DNA from: Candidatus Poribacteria bacterium
GTDB taxonomy: Bacteria; Poribacteria; WGA-4E; WGA-3G
Assembly: GCA_963663765.2 (NCBI GenBank)
Contig: CAXXUA010000003.1
Location: forward strand, 448,001 to 512,000
DNA: 64,000 bases
Direction of reading: 5' to 3'
Both the position numbers and the translations under genes were made by a program. Shown one piece after another: positions 31,871 through 41,822 of this stretch (within the stretch, counting starts at the first letter, position 1; each line of letters begins with the position of its first letter). The notes under the pieces were generated by a model, which was given only the letters and a program-made list of their open reading frames with translations, had not been told where the DNA came from and ran no database searches.

Positions 31871-33430
31871 ATGGGAGAAGGCATGGCAGATCAGGATAAA
31901 ACCCAGAATGCGAATATCTCAAGAAGAAGTTTTTTGAAGAACATCGGCACTGGAGCTGCCGCTGCAGCCTTGACTCCAGCAACCTTGATTGCTGCAGAAA
32001 AAATAGGAGAAAATCAAATGCAAAACCAACCAAATGTTATTTTTATTTTGACAGATGACCAGGGACCTTGGGCAGCAGGTTGTTGCGGTAACGATGAAGT
32101 CCGCACACCTTTTATTGACCAACTTGCCTCAGAAGGGACACGTTTTCCCAATTTTTTCTGCACAACCCCCGTGTGTTCTCCAGCACGCGCGAGTCTGATG
32201 ACGGGTCGTATCCCCTCAGCGCACGGTGTGCATGATTTTTGCCGTGACGGCAGCATGCCACCCAAAGCTGAACGTTACCTTGAAGGATTGACCTGCTATT
32301 CTGATGTGCTTGCTGAAAACGATTACACCGTAGGTCTAAGCGGAAAGTGGCATCTCGGTGACAGTTTAACACCTCAACACGGATTTAGCCACTGGTTCGC
32401 TTTACCATTAGGCGGAAGTAAATACAACAACGCCAACATGATTAGAGATGGAAAAGTAGAGAGGCAACCCGGCTATCTAACTGATGTAATCACCGATGAC
32501 GCATTAAACTTCATTTCTGAAAATAAAGAGGGACCTTTTTATCTTAGCGTCAACTACAACGCGCCACATACACCGTTTAATGGACATCCGAAAGACATCG
32601 TAGACTCCTACGATGATTGCCCATTCAAGACATGTCCACAAGAAGCATTACATCCTTGGGCAGGACGCGGAACAGCACAACACATGGGCAATCGTGCCTC
32701 ATTAAAAGGATATTTCGCAGCGATTACGGCACTCGATCTTAACGTCGGACGCATTTTAGAACGGCTTGATGCGTTAAGTATCAGAGAAAATACCCTTGTA
32801 GTCTTTAGTAGTGATAACGGTTATTCATGTGGACATCACGGATTTTGGCACAAAGGCAACGGCACATTCCCTCTGAATATGTACGAAAATTCGGTGAAAG
32901 TTCCTTTTATCATTAGCCAACCCGGAAGAATTCCTGAGGGACGCACCAGTGAAGCAATGGTAAGTCAATACGATTTCATGCCCACACTGCTGGATTATCT
33001 CGATCTACCCGACCCAAATGACGATCTGTCACCGGGTAAAAGTTTTGTCCCTGCACTCAACAGGGAAACAAACGATGCACAAGATAGGGTTGTCGTCTTT
33101 GATGAATATGGTCCTGTCCGTATGATACGCACGCAAGAGTGGAAATATGTTCACCGCTATCCTTACGGTCCACATGAATTGTATGACTTGGCGAAAGACC
33201 CGGACGAACGGAAAAACCTGATTGATGATAGATCTCAAAGAGCACTGATTAGCGATATGCGGAAACAGATGGGAGCATGGTTTGAACGTTACGTCATCCC
33301 ACGTTTAGATGGTTCAAGATTTGGTGTTACGGGTGGAGGACAGGCTGCTAAAATAGGCAATGGAGTGTATGGTGAAGATGCCTTCAAAATCAGGAACCAA
33401 AACCGTATACAAGATGGACAGAATAGATAG
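31871..33430 (+). CDS. Sulfatase paralog with a Tat signal
   Basis: SRRSFLK and CSPAR motifs. Highly similar to the upstream paralog. Confidence 0.95.
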   Translation: MGEGMADQDKTQNANISRRSFLKNIGTGAAAAALTPATLIAAEKIGENQMQNQPNVIFILTDDQGPWAAGCCGNDEVRTPFIDQLASEGTRFPNFFCTTPVCSPARASLMTGRIPSAHGVHDFCRDGSMPPKAERYLEGLTCYSDVLAENDYTVGLSGKWHLGDSLTPQHGFSHWFALPLGGSKYNNANMIRDGKVERQPGYLTDVITDDALNFISENKEGPFYLSVNYNAPHTPFNGHPKDIVDSYDDCPFKTCPQEALHPWAGRGTAQHMGNRASLKGYFAAITALDLNVGRILERLDALSIRENTLVVFSSDNGYSCGHHGFWHKGNGTFPLNMYENSVKVPFIISQPGRIPEGRTSEAMVSQYDFMPTLLDYLDLPDPNDDLSPGKSFVPALNRETNDAQDRVVVFDEYGPVRMIRTQEWKYVHRYPYGPHELYDLAKDPDERKNLIDDRSQRALISDMRKQMGAWFERYVIPRLDGSRFGVTGGGQAAKIGNGVYGEDAFKIRNQNRIQDGQNR

Positions 33431-33447
33431 CCAACAGATCTATCTGA

Positions 33448-33735
33448 CAGGTCTTACGTAGTTTTCATGATCCAATCAAGAATTAAGACGAAAACGATGT
33501 AATTTTCAGCATTTTTTAGGTTTCCGGCGCGCTTACAAAGCACTAAATCAAGAAATCAACGGTATGAATGCCTTTTGGCATTCCCCCAAATCAACGCCGA
33601 ATGCGCCTATGGCATTCGGCGGGTATGAATGCCTTTTGGCATTCCCCCAAATCAACGCCGAATGCGCCTATGGCATTCGGCGGGTATGAATGCCATAGGC
33701 GCATTCACCGCCTACCGTTGGGTGCGTAAGTCCTG
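33448..33735. mobile_element. IS701-end MITE with an expanded mini-element array
   Basis: TSD tctga. Multiple gaatgc..gcattc hairpins. Confidence 0.9.
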
Positions 33736-33773
33736 TCTGATTCAGATGTAGTTTCAAATATATAAGGAGTGAT

Positions 33774-34619
33774 ATGGCGAGTGCGTTTGCCCCTGGCAAC
33801 ATTTCGTGTGTCTTTAAAATCATCCCGCACACAGACCCAGCACGTATGCATTCTCTCGGCATGGGTTTTACTATCAAAGAAGGCGTCCAAGTTTCCGTTT
33901 CTGAACATCATAAAACCAAGGTACTGTTCAACAACAAGGACATCACATTTCCGACTGTTCGCACTGTGGTTCATCAACTCATACAAGACACTGATACTCC
34001 AGGTGTAGTCGTAGACTTGGCTTCACCATTACCTTTGGGATGTGGTTTCGGTTTGAGTGGTGCGGCTGCCCTTGCCACAGCATACGCGTTAAACGCACTG
34101 ATTAAGTTGCGTAAAGACAATGAAGAATTAGCAATGGTTGCACATGTGGCTGAAGTTGAAAATCGAACCGGATTAGGTGACGTATGTTCACAATACCACG
34201 GGGGATGCCTGGTGAAGTTGACGGAAGGCGCACCCTTACACGCAGACAAGTTGCCGATACCCGAACAACCTATCTACTATCGGTATTTTGGACCGATACA
34301 AACAAGCGAAGTTCTCAGAGACACTGAACAAACAAAACGTATCAACAGAGCAGCGGATACAACGTTAGCTATTTTGAAAAAACTTAGACGTACCCAGTCA
34401 AATCCTGAATTGTTTACTGAATGTTTTGCAGTTGCAAAGCAATTTTCAGTAGATAGTGGGTTGTTAAGCGATACACGTGTGATAAATACAATCGCACAGA
34501 TAGAGGCTGCAGGTGGCGCCGCATCTATGATAATGTTGGGTAACGGGGTTTTCAGCACACATGCATTTAATGGTGCTACAGAAACGTATCTTGTTAATAA
34601 TCCTGCACGACTCATCTAA
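33774..34619 (+). CDS. GHMP kinase, archaeal pantoate kinase-like
   Basis: AFAPGNIS, SLGMG, PLGCGFGLSGA, AHVAEVENRTGLGDV...GG and SMIMLGNGVF motifs. Confidence 0.75.
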   Translation: MASAFAPGNISCVFKIIPHTDPARMHSLGMGFTIKEGVQVSVSEHHKTKVLFNNKDITFPTVRTVVHQLIQDTDTPGVVVDLASPLPLGCGFGLSGAAALATAYALNALIKLRKDNEELAMVAHVAEVENRTGLGDVCSQYHGGCLVKLTEGAPLHADKLPIPEQPIYYRYFGPIQTSEVLRDTEQTKRINRAADTTLAILKKLRRTQSNPELFTECFAVAKQFSVDSGLLSDTRVINTIAQIEAAGGAASMIMLGNGVFSTHAFNGATETYLVNNPARLI

Positions 34620-34653
34620 AACATAAGTTTTGCGTTTTATGCTAAAGTATCTC

Positions 34654-34859
34654 ACGACTTGTGCCAGTTACCCAATTTATTCCATTTTCATGTGATAATG
34701 TCTCATTAGCAGCGGAAATCTGGTAGGAGCGATCTCACGGTCGCGACCAGCAAATCAACGGTATGAATGCCTTTTGGCATTCCCCGGGTCGCTCCTACCA
34801 GATCTCTGCTGCAAATGAGACATAATACAATAGAAATGGTATTTTTTAGCAAAACTCGT
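34654..34859. mobile_element. acgacttgtgc-end MITE with nested MITE, REP and mini-element
   Basis: TSD tatctc. Inner module resembles 58978-59129. Confidence 0.75.
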
Positions 34860-34882
34860 TATCTCAACATGTTGGATTTGAT

Positions 34883-36850
34883 ATGAGAATAATAATCACA
34901 CTTTTCCTCGCGTTTTTTGCAACATCTTCAGCTTACTGTACGGTGACTATAGAAGACGTAACATTAGGATTCAACAAGGGATATAAGACAGGGAAATGGA
35001 CACCATTAAACGTTACCGTGCGTAGCCAAAATGAACCCAGCACATTTAGCGGAGAAGTCGTTGTTGAAGTTCGTAACATCATCTCAGATCAACCTATATA
35101 CCGTTATGCGACACCACTGCGTTTGAACAAAACTGACCAAAAACACAAGACTCTTTATATCTACTGTCCAAAAACCGTAATAAACGTTGCCATTCAAATT
35201 GTTGGAACAAAAAAATCTGATGAGGGAATTGAGGCATCGATTGCAGCCCTGCTTGCGACGCATGCAATTGTCCCGCCAACACCAATTGCAAACAAAGACT
35301 ACTTCGTCCTTGTTTTAGCTCCAAGCGGAGATAAACTCCAGAATTTCATTGACAATAATCCGTTAGATGATGAAAACACGCAAGCACACATCAAGTACCT
35401 CCCAAATGCAAACGCATTACCGATAAAATGGATAGGTTATGATGCCGTTGATATAATGGTTATTCGTGAAGTATCCTTATCCGATAGACGTATCTCAAAA
35501 TCACAACAAACTGCACTGTTAGCATGGGTGCAGCGTGGAGGTACACTCATCGTTTCTGGTGGTAGTAACTTTTCTTATCTGAAAGGTAGTTTTATTGAAC
35601 AGCATCTTCCAGTCAAATTGATACGTGAAATGACAATTGATAAAATGCCTTTAGTCTTACAACAACAATTCGGTTCCGATGTTAGTCCCACTGATAAGGG
35701 AGATTTAGAGGGTTCACCGTTTAAGGTCATTCAATTTGAACCTAAACCAGAATGTCACACTTTACTCGGTACAGATAAACAGATTTACATCGCGAAACGC
35801 GCTTTGGGAAGTGGACAAATCATTAGTCTTGCTTTTGACTACAATGCACCATCATTTTCAGACAAGAGAGTAGGTGAAACATTATGGCGATGGCTACTTA
35901 CCAAACACGGAAAATCACCCAAACTGTTATCTGAAAGGTATTCGCCATTTCGGCAGCACGAGGAGAAAATACAAAAACAATTTCTCTCTAAAATGCCCAC
36001 TCAAGTTCCCATTATCAAACTACTATCAGGAATATTACCGTTATACATACTCTGTCTTGGTGGGATGACCTTCTATTTTGGTAGACGCAACCACCCACTG
36101 CAAAAGAGATTTCGCAGTTATTGGATGAGTGGGTTAATATTCGTGTTAGTCTCCGTTAGCGCGATCGGTGTTGCGCGAACAATTTTACCTAAAAAAATAA
36201 TAACAGAACACTTTTCAATCTTATCAATTTTTCCTGAAATAAATAATGCTAATATCCAGAGTTATGTTTCGTTGAGGGTTGCTGCACGAACAAATACACA
36301 CATGCCACTTACACAAGATACCGTCATTCGACCTTTAGAATATAGGAATATATCGAATCCATCGCAATTCTTTCAAGGCATACCGTTTCAGCAACGAGAT
36401 GTCATCATAGAACCGTGGAATCCTTCCAATTATTTGAAAGAGACATTCTTCCCATTGGACATACAAAAAACTGATATAACATTAGAAAATACATGGCGAA
36501 TTACAAATGAAGCATCAACCTATTTAGGAACAGTTACTCTTGGAAAGAATAAACTATCGTCATCAGAGTCATCAAACGAAACGATACGAAAAATACCATC
36601 TTTGAAAGGTCTTGATGGAACACGAAAAGAGTTTGCTAAAATCTTACAACAGGAAGGTCTACTACAATATCTGTTGCACGAAAAAAGTGAACTTATTATT
36701 GACAATACACCGCAACGTAAGGTATTAATTGGTTGGACGTCACAGTTAGAACAAATTTTAGCAGGTAATCCTAAAATCTCAACAAGTGAAAACTTTTCCT
36801 CAAATGGTGAAACTTTAGTTATTATGTATCTTGATGAAACAGATTTATGA
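34883..36850 (+). CDS. Membrane protein with a glutamine-amidotransferase-like extracellular domain
   Basis: Signal peptide, YDAVD...LLAWVQRGGTLIVSGG and two TM helices. Confidence 0.65.
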   Translation: MRIIITLFLAFFATSSAYCTVTIEDVTLGFNKGYKTGKWTPLNVTVRSQNEPSTFSGEVVVEVRNIISDQPIYRYATPLRLNKTDQKHKTLYIYCPKTVINVAIQIVGTKKSDEGIEASIAALLATHAIVPPTPIANKDYFVLVLAPSGDKLQNFIDNNPLDDENTQAHIKYLPNANALPIKWIGYDAVDIMVIREVSLSDRRISKSQQTALLAWVQRGGTLIVSGGSNFSYLKGSFIEQHLPVKLIREMTIDKMPLVLQQQFGSDVSPTDKGDLEGSPFKVIQFEPKPECHTLLGTDKQIYIAKRALGSGQIISLAFDYNAPSFSDKRVGETLWRWLLTKHGKSPKLLSERYSPFRQHEEKIQKQFLSKMPTQVPIIKLLSGILPLYILCLGGMTFYFGRRNHPLQKRFRSYWMSGLIFVLVSVSAIGVARTILPKKIITEHFSILSIFPEINNANIQSYVSLRVAARTNTHMPLTQDTVIRPLEYRNISNPSQFFQGIPFQQRDVIIEPWNPSNYLKETFFPLDIQKTDITLENTWRITNEASTYLGTVTLGKNKLSSSESSNETIRKIPSLKGLDGTRKEFAKILQQEGLLQYLLHEKSELIIDNTPQRKVLIGWTSQLEQILAGNPKISTSENFSSNGETLVIMYLDETDL

Positions 36851-38476
36851 ATGCAACCTCAAATCTTAACTGACATTAAGCAAACAAGTACGGGAAATAT
36901 AGGAAAAATTATGAATACTAACATGACTCAAATTGAAAATAAACTATGGAGTGCTGCTGATGAATTAAGAGCCAATTCAAGTCTCAAAGGATCCGAATAC
37001 TCTACTCCTGTTTTAGGACTAATCTTTTTAAAATACGCTGACTATAAATTCAAACAGGTACAACAAGAACTCAACGCAGAAACACCTTCGGGGACACGAA
37101 TACGAATTGATGAAAGAACACAATTCCAAGCAAGAGGTGCTTTTTATTTGCCAAAAGAAGCAAGATTCCAACATCTTCTGAATTTACCGGAAAGTGACAA
37201 CATTGGACAATCTATCACCAATGCAATGAAAGCTATTGAAGCTGAGAACAAACAGGTCGAAGGTGTTTTGCCCAAAAACTACAATCGCCTTGCAAAAAAT
37301 ACCCTCATAGAACTCCTACGTATTATGGAACAAATTTCAATGGATATTGAGGGAGATGCATTCGGTAAGGTCTATGAATACTTTCTCGGTAATTTTGCTA
37401 TGAGTGAGGGGCAAAAAGGTGGTGAGTTCTTCACTCCGACTTCATTGGTTAAACTCATCGTTGAAATACAGCAACCATTTCATGGACGTATTCTTGACCC
37501 CGCGTGTGGATCCGGTGGCATGTTCGTTCAAAGTGAGGAGTTCATTCGGAATCACACACAAAATGGTAATCAAGGACATATTAGCATTCATGGTGTTGAA
37601 CGGGTGAATGAGACTATAAGACTCTGCAAGATGAACCTTGCAGTGCATGGACATGAAGGGGACATAAGGCAAGCGAACAGTTATTATGAAGATCCGCATA
37701 AGTCCTTAGGTAAATTTGATTTTGTGATGGCGAATCCACCCTTTAATGTGGACAGAGTAGATATGGAACGTATAAAGGATGATCCACGATTTCCCTTCGG
37801 CATGCCACGCGTAGATAACGCTAATTATATTTGGATACAGTTGTTTATGAGCTCGTTGAACGATACCGGTAAAGCGGGTTTTGTGATGGCAAACTCCGCT
37901 GCAGACGCACGCTCCTCCGAATTAGAAATTCGCAAACAGATGATTGAATCTCGCGTTGTTGATGTGATGATAAGCATTGCCTCAAATTTCTTTTACACGG
38001 TAACGCTACCGTGTACTCTCTGGTTCTTTGATAAGTCTAAAAAGGATACCGACAGACACGATAAAGTGTTATTCATTGATGCACGCAGTCTCTATCATCA
38101 AGTCAGTCGCGCACATCGTGAGTTCACTCCCATGCAACTCGAATTCTTGGCAAACATAGCTCGCCTTTACCGAAACGAAAACCCTGAAAATAGTCACGAA
38201 AGCGAGGAACTCCTAAATACCAAATTCCCTGATGGAGTATACGTTGATGTCCCCGGTCTATGCAAAGTTGCTACCGTAGAAGAAATTGAAGCACAAGGAT
38301 GGAGCTTAAACCCCGGACGTTATGTCGGTGTCGCAACGCAGGAAACAGAGGATTATGACTTCACGCAACGGTTCATAGAACTCAATGAGGAATTAGAAAT
38401 CCTAAACGCAGAGGCACACCAACTTGAAGAGCGTATCGCAGAGAATGTTGCGAAGATTTTAGAGTATACGGTATAA
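36851..38476 (+). CDS. hsdM: Type I RM methyltransferase (start may be 36911)
   Basis: [23 protein letters not shown] and NPPF motifs. Confidence 0.95.
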   Translation: MQPQILTDIKQTSTGNIGKIMNTNMTQIENKLWSAADELRANSSLKGSEYSTPVLGLIFLKYADYKFKQVQQELNAETPSGTRIRIDERTQFQARGAFYLPKEARFQHLLNLPESDNIGQSITNAMKAIEAENKQVEGVLPKNYNRLAKNTLIELLRIMEQISMDIEGDAFGKVYEYFLGNFAMSEGQKGGEFFTPTSLVKLIVEIQQPFHGRILDPACGSGGMFVQSEEFIRNHTQNGNQGHISIHGVERVNETIRLCKMNLAVHGHEGDIRQANSYYEDPHKSLGKFDFVMANPPFNVDRVDMERIKDDPRFPFGMPRVDNANYIWIQLFMSSLNDTGKAGFVMANSAADARSSELEIRKQMIESRVVDVMISIASNFFYTVTLPCTLWFFDKSKKDTDRHDKVLFIDARSLYHQVSRAHREFTPMQLEFLANIARLYRNENPENSHESEELLNTKFPDGVYVDVPGLCKVATVEEIEAQGWSLNPGRYVGVATQETEDYDFTQRFIELNEELEILNAEAHQLEERIAENVAKILEYTV

Positions 38477-38477
38477 T
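38448..38477 (+). promoter_or_regulatory. Promoter embedded in the hsdM 3' end, upstream of the TA-hsdS cassette
   Basis: TTGCGA-18-TATAAT. Copied at 41070-41099. Confidence 0.55.
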
Positions 38478-38493
38478 ATGGTGAGGTAGAATT

Positions 38494-38850
38494 TTGAGTG
38501 AATCAATGAAAAAGGTGAAGTGGGTTGGTGATTCCCGTGTGCAAGTTAGAAATTTTCCAAAAGCTGCGAGAACAATAATTGGTGAAGTATTACAGGCTGC
38601 TCAATCCGGACTTAAACACAAGAATGCCAAACCGTTGCGTGGAATAGGTTCAGGTGTATTTGAGATTACTGCTCGTTACGACACGAATACCTATCGAGCA
38701 GTTTATACTGTCAAGTTGGGTGAGAATATCTATGTGCTTCACACATTCCAGAAGAAATCCACGCTTGGTATCCGCACACCTAAAAGGGAAATTGATTTGA
38801 TTAAAGAACGTCTGAAAATGGCACAGGTTATGGAGGATAACAATGAATAA
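38494..38850 (+). CDS. RelE/HigB-like (Gp49/DUF891) toxin
   Basis: KPLRGIGSGVFEI...YRAVY...YVLHTFQKKS...TPKREI. Confidence 0.88.
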   Translation: MSESMKKVKWVGDSRVQVRNFPKAARTIIGEVLQAAQSGLKHKNAKPLRGIGSGVFEITARYDTNTYRAVYTVKLGENIYVLHTFQKKSTLGIRTPKREIDLIKERLKMAQVMEDNNE

Positions 38851-39241
38851 AGAAATTAAAATTGAGGAAAGTTCAGGCAATGTGTTTTTAGACATCGGTT
38901 TTTCTAAAGAAGAAGCTGAGCGTGAACAGTTAAGGGTGAATCTCGTGATTAAAATCTATCGTCTACTTGAGGAACTAAAACTCACGCCAGCAAAAGCAGA
39001 GGATCGTTTTGGACTCAATCCATCTGATGTGGAACGTATACAGAACGGAGATTTCGATTTTAAAGTGGATAAACTTTTTACAATCTTGAATCAGTTGAAC
39101 CGCGACGTTGAAATTCATATTAAAACCTTCAGACGAAAAAGGCGGACACCAGCGAGTCGTTGCAACTTCATGATCTATCCTACCAAAATCAAATTCTATG
39201 CCAAAATCAAATTCTATGCCAAAATCAAATTCTATGATTGA
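38843..39241 (+). CDS. HigA-like HTH antitoxin with a frameshifted tail
   Basis: SSGNVFLDIGF motif. Extra A near 39122-39125 relative to the paralog at 41466. Confidence 0.8.
   Translation: MNKEIKIEESSGNVFLDIGFSKEEAEREQLRVNLVIKIYRLLEELKLTPAKAEDRFGLNPSDVERIQNGDFDFKVDKLFTILNQLNRDVEIHIKTFRRKRRTPASRCNFMIYPTKIKFYAKIKFYAKIKFYD
39183..39236 (+). repeat. 3 x 18-bp tandem repeat ccaaaatcaaattctatg
   Basis: Directly visible. Confidence 0.95.
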
Positions 39242-39843
39242 GACGGAGAGAAAGTATATAACAGCATGAATACATAGCAGAACGTAACGCATAAATGACT
39301 TAGGACAGATAATCACAGGTTCTACTCCACCGACAAAAAAAACTAAGTATTACGGTAATAAATATCCCTTTATCACTCCAAAAGATATAGAAATAAATTC
39401 TCGCATTGTTCAAACCGATCGATTCCTATCACAGAATGGGTTTGAATACAATAAGAATCGCTTGTTCCTTGCAATGCAATATGTGTGACATGCATTGGTA
39501 GCAGTCTGGGTAAGATATGCATGACAACTGTTCCCAGTGTAACAAACCAGCAAATCAACAGCATTGTAGTGGATCAACATAAAACACAATCCGTACTTTG
39601 TTTATTATCTTTTCAGAACTATGTCAAAAGTCCTTCATAATTTCGCGGGGCGGTGTTGCAACTCCCATAGTCAATAAATCAACATTTGCAAATCTTGAGG
39701 CGTGTGTGCCGCCACTCCCAACGTAACAAAAAATCGCCTCCATCCTCAGCACCTACGACAACCTCATAGAAAACTACACCCGCCACATCAAAATCCTTGA
39801 AGACATGGCACAAACCCTCTACAGAGAATGGTTCGTCCACTAC
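39234..39843 (+). pseudogene. hsdS: Decayed hsdS (TRD1 plus central conserved region), truncated by ISAs1
   Basis: LGQIITGSTPPTK..., CIGSSLGK and TNQQINS with frameshifts. 39730-39843 is nearly identical to 42300-42413. Confidence 0.85.
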
Positions 39844-40552
39844 CAGAGGCTTTCAATTGTCAATATTAGTTGGGCGTATGTCTGTATATATCAGATATAG
39901 CGTGACTTCTCACGTTATATCTGATATACTTTACCTCAAAATTCATATAAGCATTTATGCTTTGGAGGTAAAAATGACGAAAAAAGAATCTCGCCATCTA
40001 CTTGATATGTTAGCAGAAGTTCCTGATAAACGCAACCCAAGAGGAAAACGACATCCGCTACCCGCTATTTTAGGTCTTTCTGTGGTCGCCATGATGTGTG
40101 GATATCATAGTTATAGTGCCATCGCAGAATGGGGGAGCACTTATCCACCCGAACTCGCTGTAACCCTTGGGTTCACCCATCAGAAGACACCCTGTGCCTC
40201 AACACTCCATTATTGTTTCAAAAAGTTAGACATCAGTGCTTTAGAAAAAACACTCAGCGAGTGGGCAGCTGAGGTGTTCGCTACAATTGACATAGAAGAT
40301 AAGGACACAGTCGCCATAGATGGCAAAACCTTATGTGGAAGTCTCACTCAAGATGCTCAAATCACACACCTGTTATCTGTTGTAACGCATCAACTCGGCA
40401 TAACCCTCACACAGCGTCCCGTGTCTGACAAAACTAATGAAATCCCTATTACTTCACGCATCCTTGAAGCGTTTGATGTCGCAGGAAAGGTAGTAACAAC
40501 AAATGCACTTTTTACTCAACGTAAGTTTTGTCAAGATTTATGTGATGCGGAT
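39844..40552 (+). mobile_element. Truncated ISAs1-family IS (left TIR cagaggctttcaattgtc)
   Basis: TIR matches the MITE at 40921-41051. Upstream hairpin is similar to 247-280. Confidence 0.8.
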
Positions 40553-40588
40553 CAGGGTTATTTAGTTTTAAGAGTTTTCTGTTATTGA
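39974..40588 (+). pseudogene. ISAs1 transposase, truncated by a MITE
   Basis: D.R..RGKRHPL, AIDGKTL and KTNEIP motifs. TTNA where TxDA is expected. Confidence 0.88.
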
Positions 40589-40911
40589 GATTTACTGAAA
40601 GTTAATACCCAGGTTCGATTTCCTAACTGCACTTTATACATCAGTTTTAGATTATTGAAACCTGAACATCGGTCTTTAGTCCCGTAGGGACGATATGTTT
40701 ATAGAAAACGAGTAACCTCCCCAGTTCTTTAGTCCCGTAGGGACGATATGTTTATTCCTCTACGCCGTTCCTACTGAACTCAAGAGAGGTAGATAACATT
40801 TTTCTATAAACATATCGTCCCTACGGGACTAAAGACATGGACAAGAAGGCAACACATAAATTAACGTCATAGCAAAAAATCATCAATAATACCTAAAACT
40901 AAATAACCCTG
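40553..40911. mobile_element. ISAs1-end MITE with a gtcccgtagggac core
   Basis: TIR cagggttatttagtttt. Homologous to 5845-6454. Confidence 0.88.
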
Positions 40912-40920
40912 GCGTATTGC

Positions 40921-41051
40921 CAGAGGCATTCAATTGTCACTTAAGTTTCTTGTGGGAGGGGTTTGTAACCCCGATTGCTTGAGTAGAATCGGCTCCCGAA
41001 TCGCGAAAATCACCAAAAAATTAGGAAAAATTCGACAATTGAATGCCTCTG
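40921..41051. mobile_element. 131-bp MITE with TIR cagaggcattcaattgtc
   Basis: 18-bp perfect TIR. 10-bp TSD ggcgtattgc. Confidence 0.85.
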
Positions 41052-41116
41052 GGCGTATTGCAGAGAATGTTGCGAACATTTTAGAGTATACGGTATAATG
41101 TTAAAAGCGTCAAATT

Positions 41117-41473
41117 ATGAATGAAGCAATGAAAGATGTAATATGGGTTGGTGATTCCCGTGTGCAAGTTAGAAATTTTCCCAAAGCCGCGAGAACAAAG
41201 GTAGGTTGAGCATTAAGTATCGCTCAAATGGGGGGTAAAGACGAAAACGCAAAACCACTACGGGGAGTAGGTTCAGGTATATTTGAGATCACTGTTCGTT
41301 ACGATACGAATGCTTATCGCGCAGTTTATACTGTCAAGTTGGGTGAAAATATCTATGTGCTTCATGCATTCCAGAAGAAATCCACGCGTGGTATCCGCAC
41401 ACCTAAAAGGGAAATTGATTTGATTAAACAGCGACTGAAAATAGCACAGGAAATGGAGGCAAAAAATGAGTGA
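41117..41473 (+). pseudogene. Second RelE/HigB-like toxin with a nonsense codon (TGA 41207-41209)
   Basis: Paralog of 38494, in frame from ATG 41117. Confidence 0.85.
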
Positions 41474-41798
41474 AGAAATTAAAATTGAAGAAAGTTCAGG
41501 CAATGTGTTTTTAGACATCGGTTTCTCTGAAGAGGAAGCGGAACGTGAGTTGTTAAGGGTAAATCTCGCCTATGCAATCCACTGCCTACTTAAAGAACTG
41601 AAACTGACACCAGCAAAAGCGTCGACACGTTTCGGACTTGATCCGAATGATGTGAAACGTCTGAAGAAGGTGAATTTTGAGGATTTTACTGTAGAACGTC
41701 TGCTTACGATTCTGAAAAGACTAAACCGAGACGTTGAAATTCATATTAAGCCTTCCAACGAAAAAGGCAGACACCTGCGAGTCGTTACGACTTCATGA
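41466..41798 (+). CDS. HigA-like HTH antitoxin
   Basis: Intact paralog of 38843. Confidence 0.85.
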   Translation: MSEEIKIEESSGNVFLDIGFSEEEAERELLRVNLAYAIHCLLKELKLTPAKASTRFGLDPNDVKRLKKVNFEDFTVERLLTILKRLNRDVEIHIKPSNEKGRHLRVVTTS

Positions 41799-41822
41799 TC
41801 TATCCTCCCATAATCAAAATCT

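Noticed and set aside
39234-39843. Currently functional silent hsdS for phase variation
   Set aside because: TRD1 has several frameshifts and stops, and no invertase or inverted repeats were seen.
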